A DNA stretch of 64,000 nt from an uncultured candidate division Zixibacteria bacterium (GTDB lineage: Bacteria; Zixibacteria; MSB-5A5; UBA10806; 4484-95): positions 1 to 64,000 of the forward strand of contig CAXXKA010000001.1 in the NCBI GenBank assembly GCA_963668625.2, written 5' to 3'. Of the stretch, positions 21,261-32,049 are shown piece by piece. Numbering within the stretch: the stretch's first letter is position 1; each line of letters begins with the position of its first letter. A model generated the notes under the pieces. The model did not search any database. It was not told the origin of the DNA and saw nothing but the letters and a program-made list of their open reading frames with translations. The position numbers were made by a program, and so were the translations under genes.

Positions 21261-21623
21261 TTATTCGATCAGCGTAAAATAAAAAGCGACAAACTCGAAA
21301 CCGTCACCGGGATTAACGAAGAAATCGAGATGGTCCTCGCGAAACTCATCCGCGTTGTCGTTTGTCTCGCCTTGCCAGAGTTTCTCTGGAATATTGTTCC
21401 AGTCGCATAGCTCCATTGCAACCACTCTGATCGTACATCTGGGAGTTAACTTGCTATCGTAAACATCGTAATATTCGCCGACGACCAGGGGATCATCATA
21501 CTCGGTTTCGGATATATCAACCTCGCCGACATTCACTACACTGGCGGTTTTACGCCCCTCAATAATTTGTTCGACAAGCCTATCCGATACGAACTGGATT
21601 TTTCTTTTTACGAAATTACTCAT
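21261..21623 (-). CDS. ASCH domain protein
   Basis: 'IIEGRKTAS' G.KT motif and typical length. Confidence 0.7.
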   Translation of the reverse strand: MSNFVKRKIQFVSDRLVEQIIEGRKTASVVNVGEVDISETEYDDPLVVGEYYDVYDSKLTPRCTIRVVAMELCDWNNIPEKLWQGETNDNADEFREDHLDFFVNPGDGFEFVAFYFTLIE

Positions 21624-21875
21624 TTTATCAAACTTTCGATTAAATCATTGAATTTAATTTGTATTGCATAACATACGATATTAATTATAAAAAGTTGGAA
21701 AATAGCAGGCTTCATTTGCGGATAATCAATATTATATTTAGTAGCCGAGGAAGATGAAGTTAAAATATAATATTAAAGTTATGGTTAAGATAAACTGGTA
21801 TATCTTTAAACCGAATCAAACTCACACAGCAATAAAATGTCGTATGTAAGTGAATATGAAATTGGATTGTAGCTA

Positions 21876-22517
21876 CTAACTTTGCTTGACCGTACCGAAG
21901 CCGCGAGTCACCGATTTACCCAATCCTAAGAATTGAGGCAGCTCGAAATTGATATAGAACGAGCCGAAGAACCCAGCTATCTCGGTTTCTTTCTGGATGA
22001 TGAACTCATCCTTGGTATTTAGCGAGATATCCAGATTCATATCAACCGGAATCTTAAAATTACGCGAAATCGCCAGAACATTACTTTCGAGAATTGTCGA
22101 CAGGGCCGAGTTACGTTGCTTAGTATTGGTTTTAATATCCTTACCAATCTCGTTCTCTTTTACGGTTAACCAGGGGGTAAGGAATCTATACCTTATTTTT
22201 TCCTCGGTTGGTCCTAATTCAACTTTTTTCTCGATTATTCGACGTTCGGTAATTTTCCAGGGGCTAACCTCGTTAATTTCCTCAAGCTTATCGTATATGT
22301 TCCAGAGAGTATCACAGCCCTCATTTACCGCGACAATGAGGGGTGCGCCACGTATAACCTTATACTGTATCAACGGATACTTGCCACCCGAGGAGTTAAA
22401 ATCAGGTTGTTCCAGCATTTTCTGGTTTAACGCGGAAATCTGCAACGATAATGGAGAAGCTCCGAGACTAACTTCCCGGTCGGTTTTTAAAGTTAATAAC
22501 AGATAATCTACAAGCAC
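21876..22517 (-). CDS. cas6: Orphan Cas6b-like RAMP protein
   Basis: YPLIQYK, YRFLTPWL, F..NFELP.FLGLGKSVTRGFGTV glycine-rich loop. Confidence 0.82.
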   Translation of the reverse strand: MLVDYLLLTLKTDREVSLGASPLSLQISALNQKMLEQPDFNSSGGKYPLIQYKVIRGAPLIVAVNEGCDTLWNIYDKLEEINEVSPWKITERRIIEKKVELGPTEEKIRYRFLTPWLTVKENEIGKDIKTNTKQRNSALSTILESNVLAISRNFKIPVDMNLDISLNTKDEFIIQKETEIAGFFGSFYINFELPQFLGLGKSVTRGFGTVKQS

Positions 22518-22623
22518 AGCCCTATCCCTTGAAATTTATTGGCATTAGCCCAGCGATTTTATTATTATCTCAATATAAAGCTAAAGAAGTTGTTGTCAAC
22601 CTTTTTGTATAGGTTTGTAAGTA

Positions 22624-24504
22624 ATGAAAAATAAGACTTTTACCGATTTAGGTTTCAAATGCGGACTGGAGATACATCAGCAGCTACTTACCGAGCGTAA
22701 GCTGTTCTGCAATTGCCCGGCAGGCTATCGTAACGATAAGCCCGATGCCGAGATCATTCGCAGCATGCGGCCGACTCTATCCGAGCTGGGTGAGTATGAC
22801 GGTACTGCTTTGATGGAATTCAAAACGAAAAAGAAAGTGATATACCAGCTCTACCGGGATAACATGTGTACCTACGAGATGGATGATACGCCGCCGTTTC
22901 TGGTAAACCGTCAGGCCCTCGATATCGCTATCCAACTGGCGTTGCTGCTAAACTGCTCAATAGTCGATGAGCTTCACGTAGCTCGCAAGCAGTATCTCGA
23001 TGGTTCGATCCCGACCGGTTTCCAGCGCACCGCTATAGTCGGCGTGGGTGGCTGGGTACCGTACAAGGGCAGGAAGATCAGGATATCTCATACCTGTCTG
23101 GAGGAGGATGCCTGTCGCGAGGTCTCCGATGAGGGACATGTGATTACCTGGCGCACCGACAGACTGTCCATGCCGCTTATCGAGGTGATTACCGAACCGG
23201 ATATGATTAACCCGGATGAGGCTCGTGAGGTTAATGCCCTTATCGGGCGCGTGTTGAAATCCTCAGGATTGGTTCGTCGTGGTATCGGCAGCGTCCGTCA
23301 GGATGTCAATGTATCAATTACCGGCGGTACACGAGTCGAGATGAAAGGTATCTTGAAAACCGGTTATGTCGATAAGATGACTGCTATCGAGGCCTTGAGG
23401 CAGAGATGTTTATTGGATATTAAAGATGAGCTTAAAAAGCGTGGCTTGAAAAAAGAATCATTCGAGGTAGCAAAGAAAGATATGACCACAGTATTGGCTA
23501 ATTCGACTCTGTCATCGTTTATAAATAAAAATATCGATAAGGGTAAGCATATCGGTGCGGTTAAATTGCCAGGCTTTTACGGCTTGATGAGCAAAGAAAT
23601 CCAGCCCGGTCGTACTTTTGCCGATGAGTTTTCCGGCAGGGTGCGAGTTATCGCCTGTTTGGATGCGTTACCTAACCTGGCCGTATCGGATATCCCTTCG
23701 CTCGAGATAGATAAATCAGTCTGGAACAAGATACAGAAAGATATGGGATGCTCCGATAACGATGTAGTCGTTCTTATCTGGGGGCCGGAGGACGATATTA
23801 TCACGGCCATGAACGAGATTGAGATACGCGCTATTGATGCTTTCGATGGTGTGCCGAACGAAACTCGACAGCACTTGAAAGACTACACCACTACGTTCGA
23901 GCGAATTCTTCCCGGGGCCGATCGTATGTATCCCGACACCGATAGTCCTCCGGTGGAGATACCGGCCTGTACCGTTGAGGGATTCCAGCGCCTTCAACCC
24001 AAACGTTCCTACGAGTTCGAGGAGAAATGGGAAAGCCTCGGTGTGGAATCGACAATAGCAAGCCGAGTCGTTGTATCATCATTTAAAAATATGTTCGATC
24101 ACCTGGTGGAGATGCATCTGACTAACCCCACGCGTCTGTATATGATATTGATGAAAGCCTCCAAGCGAAACGATAAGCTGGAGAAGCTCGATTTCGATGA
24201 GGTTGCCGCTATTTTCGATTCGGATATAGGCCTGTCAATAACGGGGGAGGAGATAGTAAATCTCCTAGCCGAATCCGCCCGTGATACGCTTAAAGAGAAT
24301 TTCGAAAAACTTCTGGATAGCAAACGTTCTGTTTCCGAGGAGGAAATAGAACGGGCTGTAGAAGAAGTCATAAGTGGTCAGGATGGTGATAATTACCGTA
24401 GTGATGACGATAAGTTGAACTACCTTATCGGAAAAGTAATGGCTAAATTCAATAGCTCCGTGGATGGCGCTATGATAAAAGAGCTGGTTAAAGCAAAGAT
24501 ATAA
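22624..24504 (+). CDS. gatE: Glu-tRNA(Gln) amidotransferase subunit E (archaeal-type)
   Basis: GLEIHQQL, MRPTLSELGEYD.TAL, RKQYLDGSIPTGFQRT, LEEDACR, RGIGSVRQDVNVSI, AspRS-like insertion, GVPNETR, LPGADRMYPDTD. Confidence 0.9.
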   Translation: MKNKTFTDLGFKCGLEIHQQLLTERKLFCNCPAGYRNDKPDAEIIRSMRPTLSELGEYDGTALMEFKTKKKVIYQLYRDNMCTYEMDDTPPFLVNRQALDIAIQLALLLNCSIVDELHVARKQYLDGSIPTGFQRTAIVGVGGWVPYKGRKIRISHTCLEEDACREVSDEGHVITWRTDRLSMPLIEVITEPDMINPDEAREVNALIGRVLKSSGLVRRGIGSVRQDVNVSITGGTRVEMKGILKTGYVDKMTAIEALRQRCLLDIKDELKKRGLKKESFEVAKKDMTTVLANSTLSSFINKNIDKGKHIGAVKLPGFYGLMSKEIQPGRTFADEFSGRVRVIACLDALPNLAVSDIPSLEIDKSVWNKIQKDMGCSDNDVVVLIWGPEDDIITAMNEIEIRAIDAFDGVPNETRQHLKDYTTTFERILPGADRMYPDTDSPPVEIPACTVEGFQRLQPKRSYEFEEKWESLGVESTIASRVVVSSFKNMFDHLVEMHLTNPTRLYMILMKASKRNDKLEKLDFDEVAAIFDSDIGLSITGEEIVNLLAESARDTLKENFEKLLDSKRSVSEEEIERAVEEVISGQDGDNYRSDDDKLNYLIGKVMAKFNSSVDGAMIKELVKAKI

Positions 24505-24530
24505 GTTAAGCATATTTTTTCATTCACAAA

Positions 24531-24630
24531 CCTGTCATCCCGGACTCGATCCGGGATCCAGGGAGTGGGTGGAGCGGTGAATATTTTATTCATGCTTAAT
24601 TCCGGATCAAGTTTGGGATGCCGGCATGAC
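24531..24630. repeat. REP/dRS3-like palindrome doublet
   Basis: CCTGTCATCCCGGACTCGATCCGGGATCCAGGG is a near-exact reverse complement of 9758-9790; followed by a degenerate partner. Confidence 0.8.
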
Positions 24631-24725
24631 TTGATATATTTCATAATCCAGAATGTGATTAATGCGATTACTATATAAAAACGAATACTAGTGATATAAA
24701 CATATACAGGAATCAACAATTGCCG

Positions 24726-25538
24726 CTAAATCTTCCAGACCTCAGTCACCTGCTCCATCATTCGTTCCAGATAGCTTAACTTTAGCTGGCAATGCTTGTC
24801 GCAAAACGCCTCTGCTGGTTCGGGATGAGTCTCCAAGAAAATACCATCCACACCAACAGCAGCGGCGGCACGGGCAAGAGGTATGATGAATTCCGGCGAA
24901 CCTCCAGTGGAATCGCCCTCCGAGCCGGGTTTCTGTACCGAGTGCGTACTGTCATACACGACAGGGTAGCCGAGGTTTCTCATGACGATAAGCGATCGAA
25001 AATCTACCACCAGGTCGTGATAGCCGAAAGTCGTGCCGCGTTCGGTCAGCATGATTTTAACGCCACCGGCCTCCTCTGCTTTGCTGGCCGCCTCGCTCAT
25101 TCCCTCCGGTGACATGAACTGCCCTTTTTTGATATTAACAGCTTTGCCGGTTTTCGCGGCGGCTTTGATTAGCTCGGTTTGACGGCATAAGAAAGCAGGT
25201 ATCTGCAACACATCCGCGATATCGGCCGCCTCCTCGACCTCCTGGGTAGTGTGGATATCGGTCAGGATAGGCAAATTGAATTCGGCTTTGACCTGTTTTA
25301 ATATCTTTAATGCTTTACTGATTCCGATCGTCGAGAACGAATTAACCGAGGAGCGATTCGCTTTCATGTAAGAGGATTTGTAGATCACTTGAACTTTGAA
25401 TTTACTTGCGACTCTGACAATCTCTTCGGCCGCCTCGAATGCTATATCTTTCGATTCGACCACACAGGGGCCGGCAATTATGAACGGCTTGCCGCCACCT
25501 ATTTCAACGCCATTTACCGATATTTTCTTATTGGCCAT
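24726..25538 (-). CDS. kdsA: KDO8P synthase
   Basis: IAGPCVVES, KANRSS, QIPAFLCRQT, NIKKGQF, TERG, DSTHSVQ. Confidence 0.95.
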   Translation of the reverse strand: MANKKISVNGVEIGGGKPFIIAGPCVVESKDIAFEAAEEIVRVASKFKVQVIYKSSYMKANRSSVNSFSTIGISKALKILKQVKAEFNLPILTDIHTTQEVEEAADIADVLQIPAFLCRQTELIKAAAKTGKAVNIKKGQFMSPEGMSEAASKAEEAGGVKIMLTERGTTFGYHDLVVDFRSLIVMRNLGYPVVYDSTHSVQKPGSEGDSTGGSPEFIIPLARAAAAVGVDGIFLETHPEPAEAFCDKHCQLKLSYLERMMEQVTEVWKI

Positions 25539-25915
25539 GGTTTTTCCTCCGCGGATATGACTTGCCAGATCGATTTTCGCCCCTTTGATTTGAACGGCCG
25601 TTCCAGTCGTAGTTGAACGATAAAATCCTGAGTCTCGACCTCAACCATCCCGATAAACAAACCCTCACCACGAATAACGATGTTATCGTTTTCGATGAAG
25701 TACTTTTCGTATTTGGAATTCCCCATATACGCCAGAGCAACGGTTTTGATATCAGTCCAGAATAGCATATATCCCGAATCTACCTCGGTCTGGTATGCCA
25801 GTAATTCATCATCGGCGGGGTAAGGTAAATTAGTGTAATCGACCTCAGGTTTCTCCTTAGGCATACAGGAAAATATAGCTGACGCGATAATTATAAATAC
25901 TACTAATTTTCTCAT
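25514..25915 (-). CDS. Hypothetical lipoprotein
   Basis: Lipobox IFSC; overlaps both neighbours in the operon. Confidence 0.7.
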   Translation of the reverse strand: MRKLVVFIIIASAIFSCMPKEKPEVDYTNLPYPADDELLAYQTEVDSGYMLFWTDIKTVALAYMGNSKYEKYFIENDNIVIRGEGLFIGMVEVETQDFIVQLRLERPFKSKGRKSIWQVISAEEKPWPIRKYR

Positions 25916-27588
25916 TCGTTCTTAGAAAGCTTTGATTCCGGTATTTTATCCGAGGAAATCTCGCGTTCCTTACGATATTTCAAAGCCGCCTCAACCAGGC
26001 CCTTGAACAACGGATGTGCCTCCATCGGCCGCGATTTCAACTCGGGATGGAACTGGCATCCGACAAAAAACGGATGGTTCGGCAGCTCGGCTATCTCCAC
26101 TAATTTCTCATCGGGAGATAAGCCGGAGAATACCATGCCTGCCTCCTCCAGAGTCTGACGGTATTCGTTGTTTACCTCGTAGCGGTGGCGATGTCTCTCG
26201 TTTATTTTAAGCTTGCCGTATAGTTTGCTTACGATCGTACCACGTTTGATATTGCAGGGATAAGCTCCCAACCTCATCGTACCGCCCATCTTGGTTATAT
26301 GACGTTGCTCATCCATGAGGTGAATGACCGGGTATTTGGTTTCCTGGTTGAACTCGTAAGAATTGGCGTTTTCCAGCTTGCAGATATTGCGGGCGTATTC
26401 GATTATCGCGCATTGCAGGCCGAGGCAGATACCGAAAAACGGCATTTTGTTCTCACGGCAATACTGGATGGCATCTATTTTACCCTCGACACCTCGTTCG
26501 CCGAAACCTCCCGGTATGAGTACGCCATCGACATTATCCAGATAATGCTCGGCGCCTTTCTCGACCAGGTCCTCTGAGGATATCCAGACTAACTCGACAT
26601 GGGTATCATTGGGTACGCCGGCATGAATGAACGATTCGGTGATAGACTTGTAAGCATCCTTGAGGTTGATATATTTTCCACAGATGGCTATCCTGACCGT
26701 ATGTATCGGCTTTTTGATCTTCTCGACTATCTTCCGCCATTCACCCAGATCGAGGTCTTTACATAGCAGTTTCAGATAATGCACGACCAGGTTATCGACC
26801 AGTTCAAGATGGAATAATATCGGCACCTCGTAAATAGTTTCGCAGTCGATATCCTGTATTACTGCCTCGGGGACTACATTGCAGAACATGCCGATTTTCT
26901 TTTTGATATCACGGGTAAGCTCGCGAGTAGTGCGACATATCAGTATATCGGGTTGTATACCGATTTCTCGCAGCATCTTGACCGAATGCTGGGTAGGCTT
27001 GGTCTTCAGCTCATCGGAGGTTTCCAGATAGGGAACGAGGGTAAGGTGAATATACAGCACGTTCTCTTTGCCGTGCTCTAATCCCATCTGACGGATAGCC
27101 TCCATGAATGGCATAGCCTCGATATCGCCGACAGTGCCGCCGATCTCGGTGATAATGATATCGACATCCTCGTTTTGACGGGCCAGGCGGGTGCAGCGAG
27201 ACATTATCTCATCGGTAATATGAGGGATAACCTGCACGGTTGCGCCCAGGTAGTCGCCCCGGCGCTCGCGCTGAATGACAGCATCATAGACCTGCCCGGA
27301 GGTGACATTGGAAAGCTGGTTCAGGTTAACATCAATGAAACGCTCGTAATGTCCCAGGTCCAGATCGGTTTCGGAACCATCATCAAGGACGAATACCTCG
27401 CCGTGCTGGAACGGATTCATCGTACCGGGATCGACATTAATATACGGATCGAACTTCTGAATCCTGACCTCGAGACCCCGGGATTTCAACAGCAGTCCGA
27501 TACTGGCCGCCGCGATGCCTTTGCCCAGCGAGGATGTCACACCGCCGGTGATGAAAATGAATTTCGTTTGTTTCCCTGATTTAGACAT
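25912..27588 (-). CDS. pyrG: CTP synthase
   Basis: [48 protein letters not shown]. Confidence 0.98.
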   Translation of the reverse strand: MSKSGKQTKFIFITGGVTSSLGKGIAAASIGLLLKSRGLEVRIQKFDPYINVDPGTMNPFQHGEVFVLDDGSETDLDLGHYERFIDVNLNQLSNVTSGQVYDAVIQRERRGDYLGATVQVIPHITDEIMSRCTRLARQNEDVDIIITEIGGTVGDIEAMPFMEAIRQMGLEHGKENVLYIHLTLVPYLETSDELKTKPTQHSVKMLREIGIQPDILICRTTRELTRDIKKKIGMFCNVVPEAVIQDIDCETIYEVPILFHLELVDNLVVHYLKLLCKDLDLGEWRKIVEKIKKPIHTVRIAICGKYINLKDAYKSITESFIHAGVPNDTHVELVWISSEDLVEKGAEHYLDNVDGVLIPGGFGERGVEGKIDAIQYCRENKMPFFGICLGLQCAIIEYARNICKLENANSYEFNQETKYPVIHLMDEQRHITKMGGTMRLGAYPCNIKRGTIVSKLYGKLKINERHRHRYEVNNEYRQTLEEAGMVFSGLSPDEKLVEIAELPNHPFFVGCQFHPELKSRPMEAHPLFKGLVEAALKYRKEREISSDKIPESKLSKNE

Positions 27589-27592
27589 TACC

Positions 27593-28342
27593 TTACCCTA
27601 AACTTTCCAGAATCTGTTCGGCTTTGAACAAATCCTCCTGCGTGTCAATACCCGAAAATATCTGTGAGGCTATTACACAATATATATCATAACCACTTTC
27701 TAAAACTCTAAGTTGCTCGAGGCTCTCGATACGTTCGAGAACCGATTGGCCGAGTTTGACATAAGTTTGTAAAAACTCGGCAGTGAATCCGTAAATGCCA
27801 AAGTGACGGTAAATCGGGAGGGTACGAAGGCTTACCTCTTTATCTTTTTCGTTGAACCAGGGGATACGGGATCTCGAAAAATATAGCGCTCGACTATTTT
27901 TATCGAGTACTACTTTTACGATATTTGGGTTATTCAATTCCTCGTAACTCGATATCTTGCTACAGGCTGAACTCATCAACGCTTTGGGGTTATCGATAAG
28001 TACATTGGCTGTTTTCTCAATAACTATAGGCGATATTAATGGTTCATCCCCTTGAATATTTATATAGATATCCGCTTTGAAATCCTTTGCCACATGAGCC
28101 ACCCGCTCGCTGCCACAGGTAAAATTCCCGGTGGTCATCACGACATTGCCCTCGTTTTGCTCGATAGTATCATAGATGCGCTGATCATCGGTTGCAACTA
28201 CGACATCATCAAGTATAGTAGCTTTTTTCGCTTGATTATAGACCCTGACAATAATGGGTACTCCGCCCAGCAGGGCGAGGGGTTTGCCCGGAAACCTCTT
28301 AGAGGCGTATCTTGACGGGATTATTCCAATTACTTTCGGCAC
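27593..28342 (-). CDS. kdsB: 3-deoxy-manno-octulosonate cytidylyltransferase
   Basis: [38 protein letters not shown]. Confidence 0.95.
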   Translation of the reverse strand: MPKVIGIIPSRYASKRFPGKPLALLGGVPIIVRVYNQAKKATILDDVVVATDDQRIYDTIEQNEGNVVMTTGNFTCGSERVAHVAKDFKADIYINIQGDEPLISPIVIEKTANVLIDNPKALMSSACSKISSYEELNNPNIVKVVLDKNSRALYFSRSRIPWFNEKDKEVSLRTLPIYRHFGIYGFTAEFLQTYVKLGQSVLERIESLEQLRVLESGYDIYCVIASQIFSGIDTQEDLFKAEQILESLG

Positions 28343-28618
28343 GAGTAATTGTAATAAAAAGCTTTATGTCTGTCAACAGAAAAGCCGAAAGTGATGTTTT
28401 ATTGATTTTTAAGTTTATTCATCAAGAAATGCGCAGAATGGGTATGTATCGAAAGAGTGGGGCGGAACAGTCACACCAGTGCTGTCCGGGATTAAGCGAA
28501 ATTACTGCTTGTCAAATGCCAGTATGTGGACTGATAGGATATTCGTCCTTGCACTTGAAATGATGATTGGATTATTTCTATTGATTCTCGGACGATTGAT
28601 AATACAATATAGAATATT

Positions 28619-29425
28619 ATGATCGAGTCACTAAGTGGATTGATACAACTGGTAATAGGGCTGATTCTGGCCTCTTTAATGGCCGTAATATCATACTGGC
28701 TGAAAGCCCTGTCTTTATCGGGAGCTATCGGTACCTTGTTCGTGGGGACAATCATATTCGGTCTGGGAGGATGGATATTTGCGGTACCTCTTCTGGCGTT
28801 TTTTGTCAGCTCGATTATTCTATCTCATCTTAAAAGCGAAAAAAAGATTAAATCGCAGAGTTCGATCGAAAAAGCCGGTGCGCGGGATATCTATCAAGTT
28901 TTCGCTAATGGTGGAGTAGCCACCGCCTGCGTAATTATTGCTGTGTTAACCGATGACTCACGCTGGTTTTACATATATTTAGCCAGCCTCGGGGCCGCCA
29001 CCGCCGATACCTGGGCAACCGAGATCGGCACGCTTATATCCGGTAAGCCCAGATCGATCACGACATTCGAGCGAGTACCACCGGGGGAATCAGGTGGGAT
29101 CAGCATTCCCGGTACGATCGCTTCATTTTTGGGATCGGCCTTTACTGTTTGCTCGATTTTACCACTGGCTTATTACAGTTCTAACATGATATTTATTTTT
29201 TACGCGATCATTGCGGGATTTGTCGGTTCTATAGCTGATTCGATTTTAGGCGCTGCAGTACAGGGTGGCTATAAATGCAGTATTTGCGGTAATAGAACAG
29301 AAAGCCGGATACATTGCGACAAATCCACAACCAGGGTTAAAGGGCTGGTGTTTATCAACAATGATACAGTGAATGTATTTAGCAATTTCATAGCTGCGAG
29401 TGTGATATATCTACTAATGATATAA
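28619..29425 (+). CDS. DUF92 (TMEM19-like) membrane protein
   Basis: R...QVFANGG, ATADTWATEIG, PPGESGG.S..GT, DSILGA..Q, NNDTVN. Confidence 0.88.
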   Translation: MIESLSGLIQLVIGLILASLMAVISYWLKALSLSGAIGTLFVGTIIFGLGGWIFAVPLLAFFVSSIILSHLKSEKKIKSQSSIEKAGARDIYQVFANGGVATACVIIAVLTDDSRWFYIYLASLGAATADTWATEIGTLISGKPRSITTFERVPPGESGGISIPGTIASFLGSAFTVCSILPLAYYSSNMIFIFYAIIAGFVGSIADSILGAAVQGGYKCSICGNRTESRIHCDKSTTRVKGLVFINNDTVNVFSNFIAASVIYLLMI

Positions 29426-29665
29426 TCTTTTAGCCCTATGCCCGCGTATATATTGGCACTGATGCGGCGGGTGAGGGAGAGGGTATTTCATCAACAAACA
29501 GATTGCTACTTTGTAATTGTAAATATAAGATATTTCGATGGTAACTTCTCCGGTATAGTTGGACTGCCTGACCCGACTGATATGCCAGCTAACAATAGCT
29601 GACAGAAAAGGCGATAACCAGCCACGATTTCAGCCTAATTATCAATCAAGCCATTACGCAAGCAT

Positions 29666-29720
29666 CCGGTCTCTGATTATGGCGTGCCTCAGGATGTCGT
29701 ACCTTCCCTCCTGAGGTATT
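29666..29720. repeat. Dispersed palindromic repeat; inverted copy at 39210-39264
   Basis: GCCTCAGGATGTCGTACCTTCCCTCCTGAGGTAT vs ATACCTCAGGATGGAAGGTACGACATCCTGAGGC. Confidence 0.8.
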
Positions 29721-29970
29721 GGGAGGGGATTGATATATAGTTACGCCTTACATCACCATGATGACACGCTGACCATATGATTATATCGCAAAATGATTTT
29801 TATCAACGATTGCCGGAGGAATTAAATAATTGATCAAAACACAGGACATGAGTGAGAACATTATATGAAAAAATATTGAATCAAAGTACGAACTGCTTCG
29901 TAATATAATGTGATACCATTAGCTGCTCTATTTTAATTGAGATGATGATAATTAAAATGAGGACAATTTT

Positions 29971-31482
29971 ATGTTAAGCCGAGCCGCCATTCAAATCGTG
30001 TTATTAACCGGGCTATTGACAATCAGTTCTTTTAGCGCCGTGTTTGCAACTGATGCCAACCTCGAGGATGCCGATATTCGGGCGCTAAATATCTGCGAGG
30101 GAGTAGTACAGCTTTTTTCACGGATGCCTGATTCTATCTGGCAGGGCTACGATTTATCGGAGCAACCATTCATTTATTACAGGCCAGGAAAATGGGCGCT
30201 TCTGTTTAATTACCGGGGTAATCCCGAGGGATTCGGCCCATATCCCTCCAATTGGCCGGAAATATCTCGCTCGGTTCAATATTTCGGGGGACAATTCGGT
30301 AATTTAAGCGGACAGATTGGTTTCGATACGCGAGTTGATAGCCTGCTAATAGCCGCGATTCCTTTCAACGATCAACCGTTTAGTGTCGAGTTCGGCTTTC
30401 TCGCTCATGAGTGCTTCCATCAATACCAATATCGTAATTTCGGTGATATCCCCTGGCAGCGAGAGGAAAAATACCCAATGCTGGATCCGGAAAACACGAC
30501 CCTGGCCGTAATCGAAATAGAATTGTTGACCGAGGCGCTCAAATATTCGCTGGCCGACGATCATACCGAATGTACGGACATGTTATTGAAATTTCTGACA
30601 ATCAGGGAATTACGATGGGATAATGGCGGCGAGTACCTGGCGGCATACGAGCGGGGTAAGGAATTATCGGAGGGAACCGCAAAGTATGTCGAATATAAGT
30701 GCCTCACTTCGTACCCTCAGTTGAATTATCAATCGAGCCTGGCAGATTATTGTAAAAGTCTCTCTCGAAATATCCCGGCTATGACTTTTCAGGAGTATCT
30801 GATCAGTGATATGAGCTCCCGTCTGACCGATAATACGATTTCACCCGATAATATGCCTCGTAACAGGATATATGCGGTTGCCTGCGCCCAGACGTTTTTA
30901 CTCGATTATTTGGGTATTGACTGGCGGGCAAAAGCGGAGGCCGCCGGCGATGAGTTCGATTTTTGCGGTCTTTTGAAGCAGTATTTAAAAGCTAATGGTT
31001 TTGACTATCGAATGTCGGTATCCGAGCTTAAAAGAGAGTATCGGTATGATACTATACTGGCTAAAACGCTCGAACAGATAGAACAATACGAAAACGATTA
31101 TCGGAGAGCATGTGATAACTTCATGTCACAATCGGGGCTTCTTGTTAAGATTAGTTTAAAATCCAATGGCGTAAGGAGGTCCAGATCATCGATGGCCAAG
31201 AAATGGCTGGTTGATAAAGGTGAAATCGAACTTCGCGAAAATTACGGTATTTACTCCCTTGAAAGTAAAAAGCTGTTATTACAAATTAAAGACAATGGTA
31301 TAATCGAATACAATGATTGGGATAACCGGGTAAAGACAGTTACTTTTTTCATTCCACATATAAACTTGTTGCTTTTAGATGATGTTCAACTTGAATTGGG
31401 GGATAATCTCGATTCGAGTTTCGATCGGATCGAAATCGAAACCGATAATTTTATATTTCGATACGACAGCCCGGCAAACTAA
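29971..31482 (+). CDS. Secreted protein with HExxH metallopeptidase-like motif
   Basis: Signal peptide, AHECFHQYQ, downstream EGTA.YVE. Confidence 0.65.
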   Translation: MLSRAAIQIVLLTGLLTISSFSAVFATDANLEDADIRALNICEGVVQLFSRMPDSIWQGYDLSEQPFIYYRPGKWALLFNYRGNPEGFGPYPSNWPEISRSVQYFGGQFGNLSGQIGFDTRVDSLLIAAIPFNDQPFSVEFGFLAHECFHQYQYRNFGDIPWQREEKYPMLDPENTTLAVIEIELLTEALKYSLADDHTECTDMLLKFLTIRELRWDNGGEYLAAYERGKELSEGTAKYVEYKCLTSYPQLNYQSSLADYCKSLSRNIPAMTFQEYLISDMSSRLTDNTISPDNMPRNRIYAVACAQTFLLDYLGIDWRAKAEAAGDEFDFCGLLKQYLKANGFDYRMSVSELKREYRYDTILAKTLEQIEQYENDYRRACDNFMSQSGLLVKISLKSNGVRRSRSSMAKKWLVDKGEIELRENYGIYSLESKKLLLQIKDNGIIEYNDWDNRVKTVTFFIPHINLLLLDDVQLELGDNLDSSFDRIEIETDNFIFRYDSPAN

Positions 31483-31560
31483 TCAGTAATGGTAATAATT
31501 TAGCTATCGATCTAGTTAATTATTGATTATTGATAGTTCTTTCGGTATAATTTTAACGGT

Positions 31561-32046
31561 ATGAATGAAATCGAGATAAAAACTCTGGGGAACCGCTACC
31601 AGGCATGGGTCAATCAGATTCTGCTGGATGAATGGGGTTCGAATGAGATGGTTAGCCGCGGAGTCATTCACCAGGTTGATAAACTGCCGGGTTTCGTGGC
31701 TCTGGTCGATAGCCAACCCAACGGACTGATTACCTACAATATAGAGGGTGAGCAGTGTGAGATTGTCACTCTTAACAGTCTTCTACCGAGGCAGGGGGTA
31801 GGCCGCGGTTTGGTCAATGCCGTGCGCAATATCGCGCTTTCGAAAGGCTGTAAACGTATCTGGCTCATAACCACTAACGATAATACCTATGCGTTCAAAT
31901 TCTATCAAAAACTGAGATTTACCGTCGCCGCTTATCATCTTGGCGCTATCGAGGAATCGCGGAAACTAAAACCTGGCATACCCCACATAGGCCTGAACGG
32001 TATCCATATCCGCGATGAGATAGAACTTGAGATGGTACTTGAGTAG
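31561..32046 (+). CDS. GNAT family acetyltransferase
   Basis: RQGVGRGL motif A, ITTNDN..A..FYQK. Confidence 0.88.
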   Translation: MNEIEIKTLGNRYQAWVNQILLDEWGSNEMVSRGVIHQVDKLPGFVALVDSQPNGLITYNIEGEQCEIVTLNSLLPRQGVGRGLVNAVRNIALSKGCKRIWLITTNDNTYAFKFYQKLRFTVAAYHLGAIEESRKLKPGIPHIGLNGIHIRDEIELEMVLE

Positions 32047-32049
32047 ATA

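Noticed and set aside
21624-22623. CRISPR array next to cas6
   Set aside because: No regularly spaced direct repeats on either side of the gene, or anywhere else in the window by eye.
22624-24504. Annotation as gatB
   Set aside because: It lacks the GatB RK.YFYPD motif and has the GatE-specific motifs and insertion domain.
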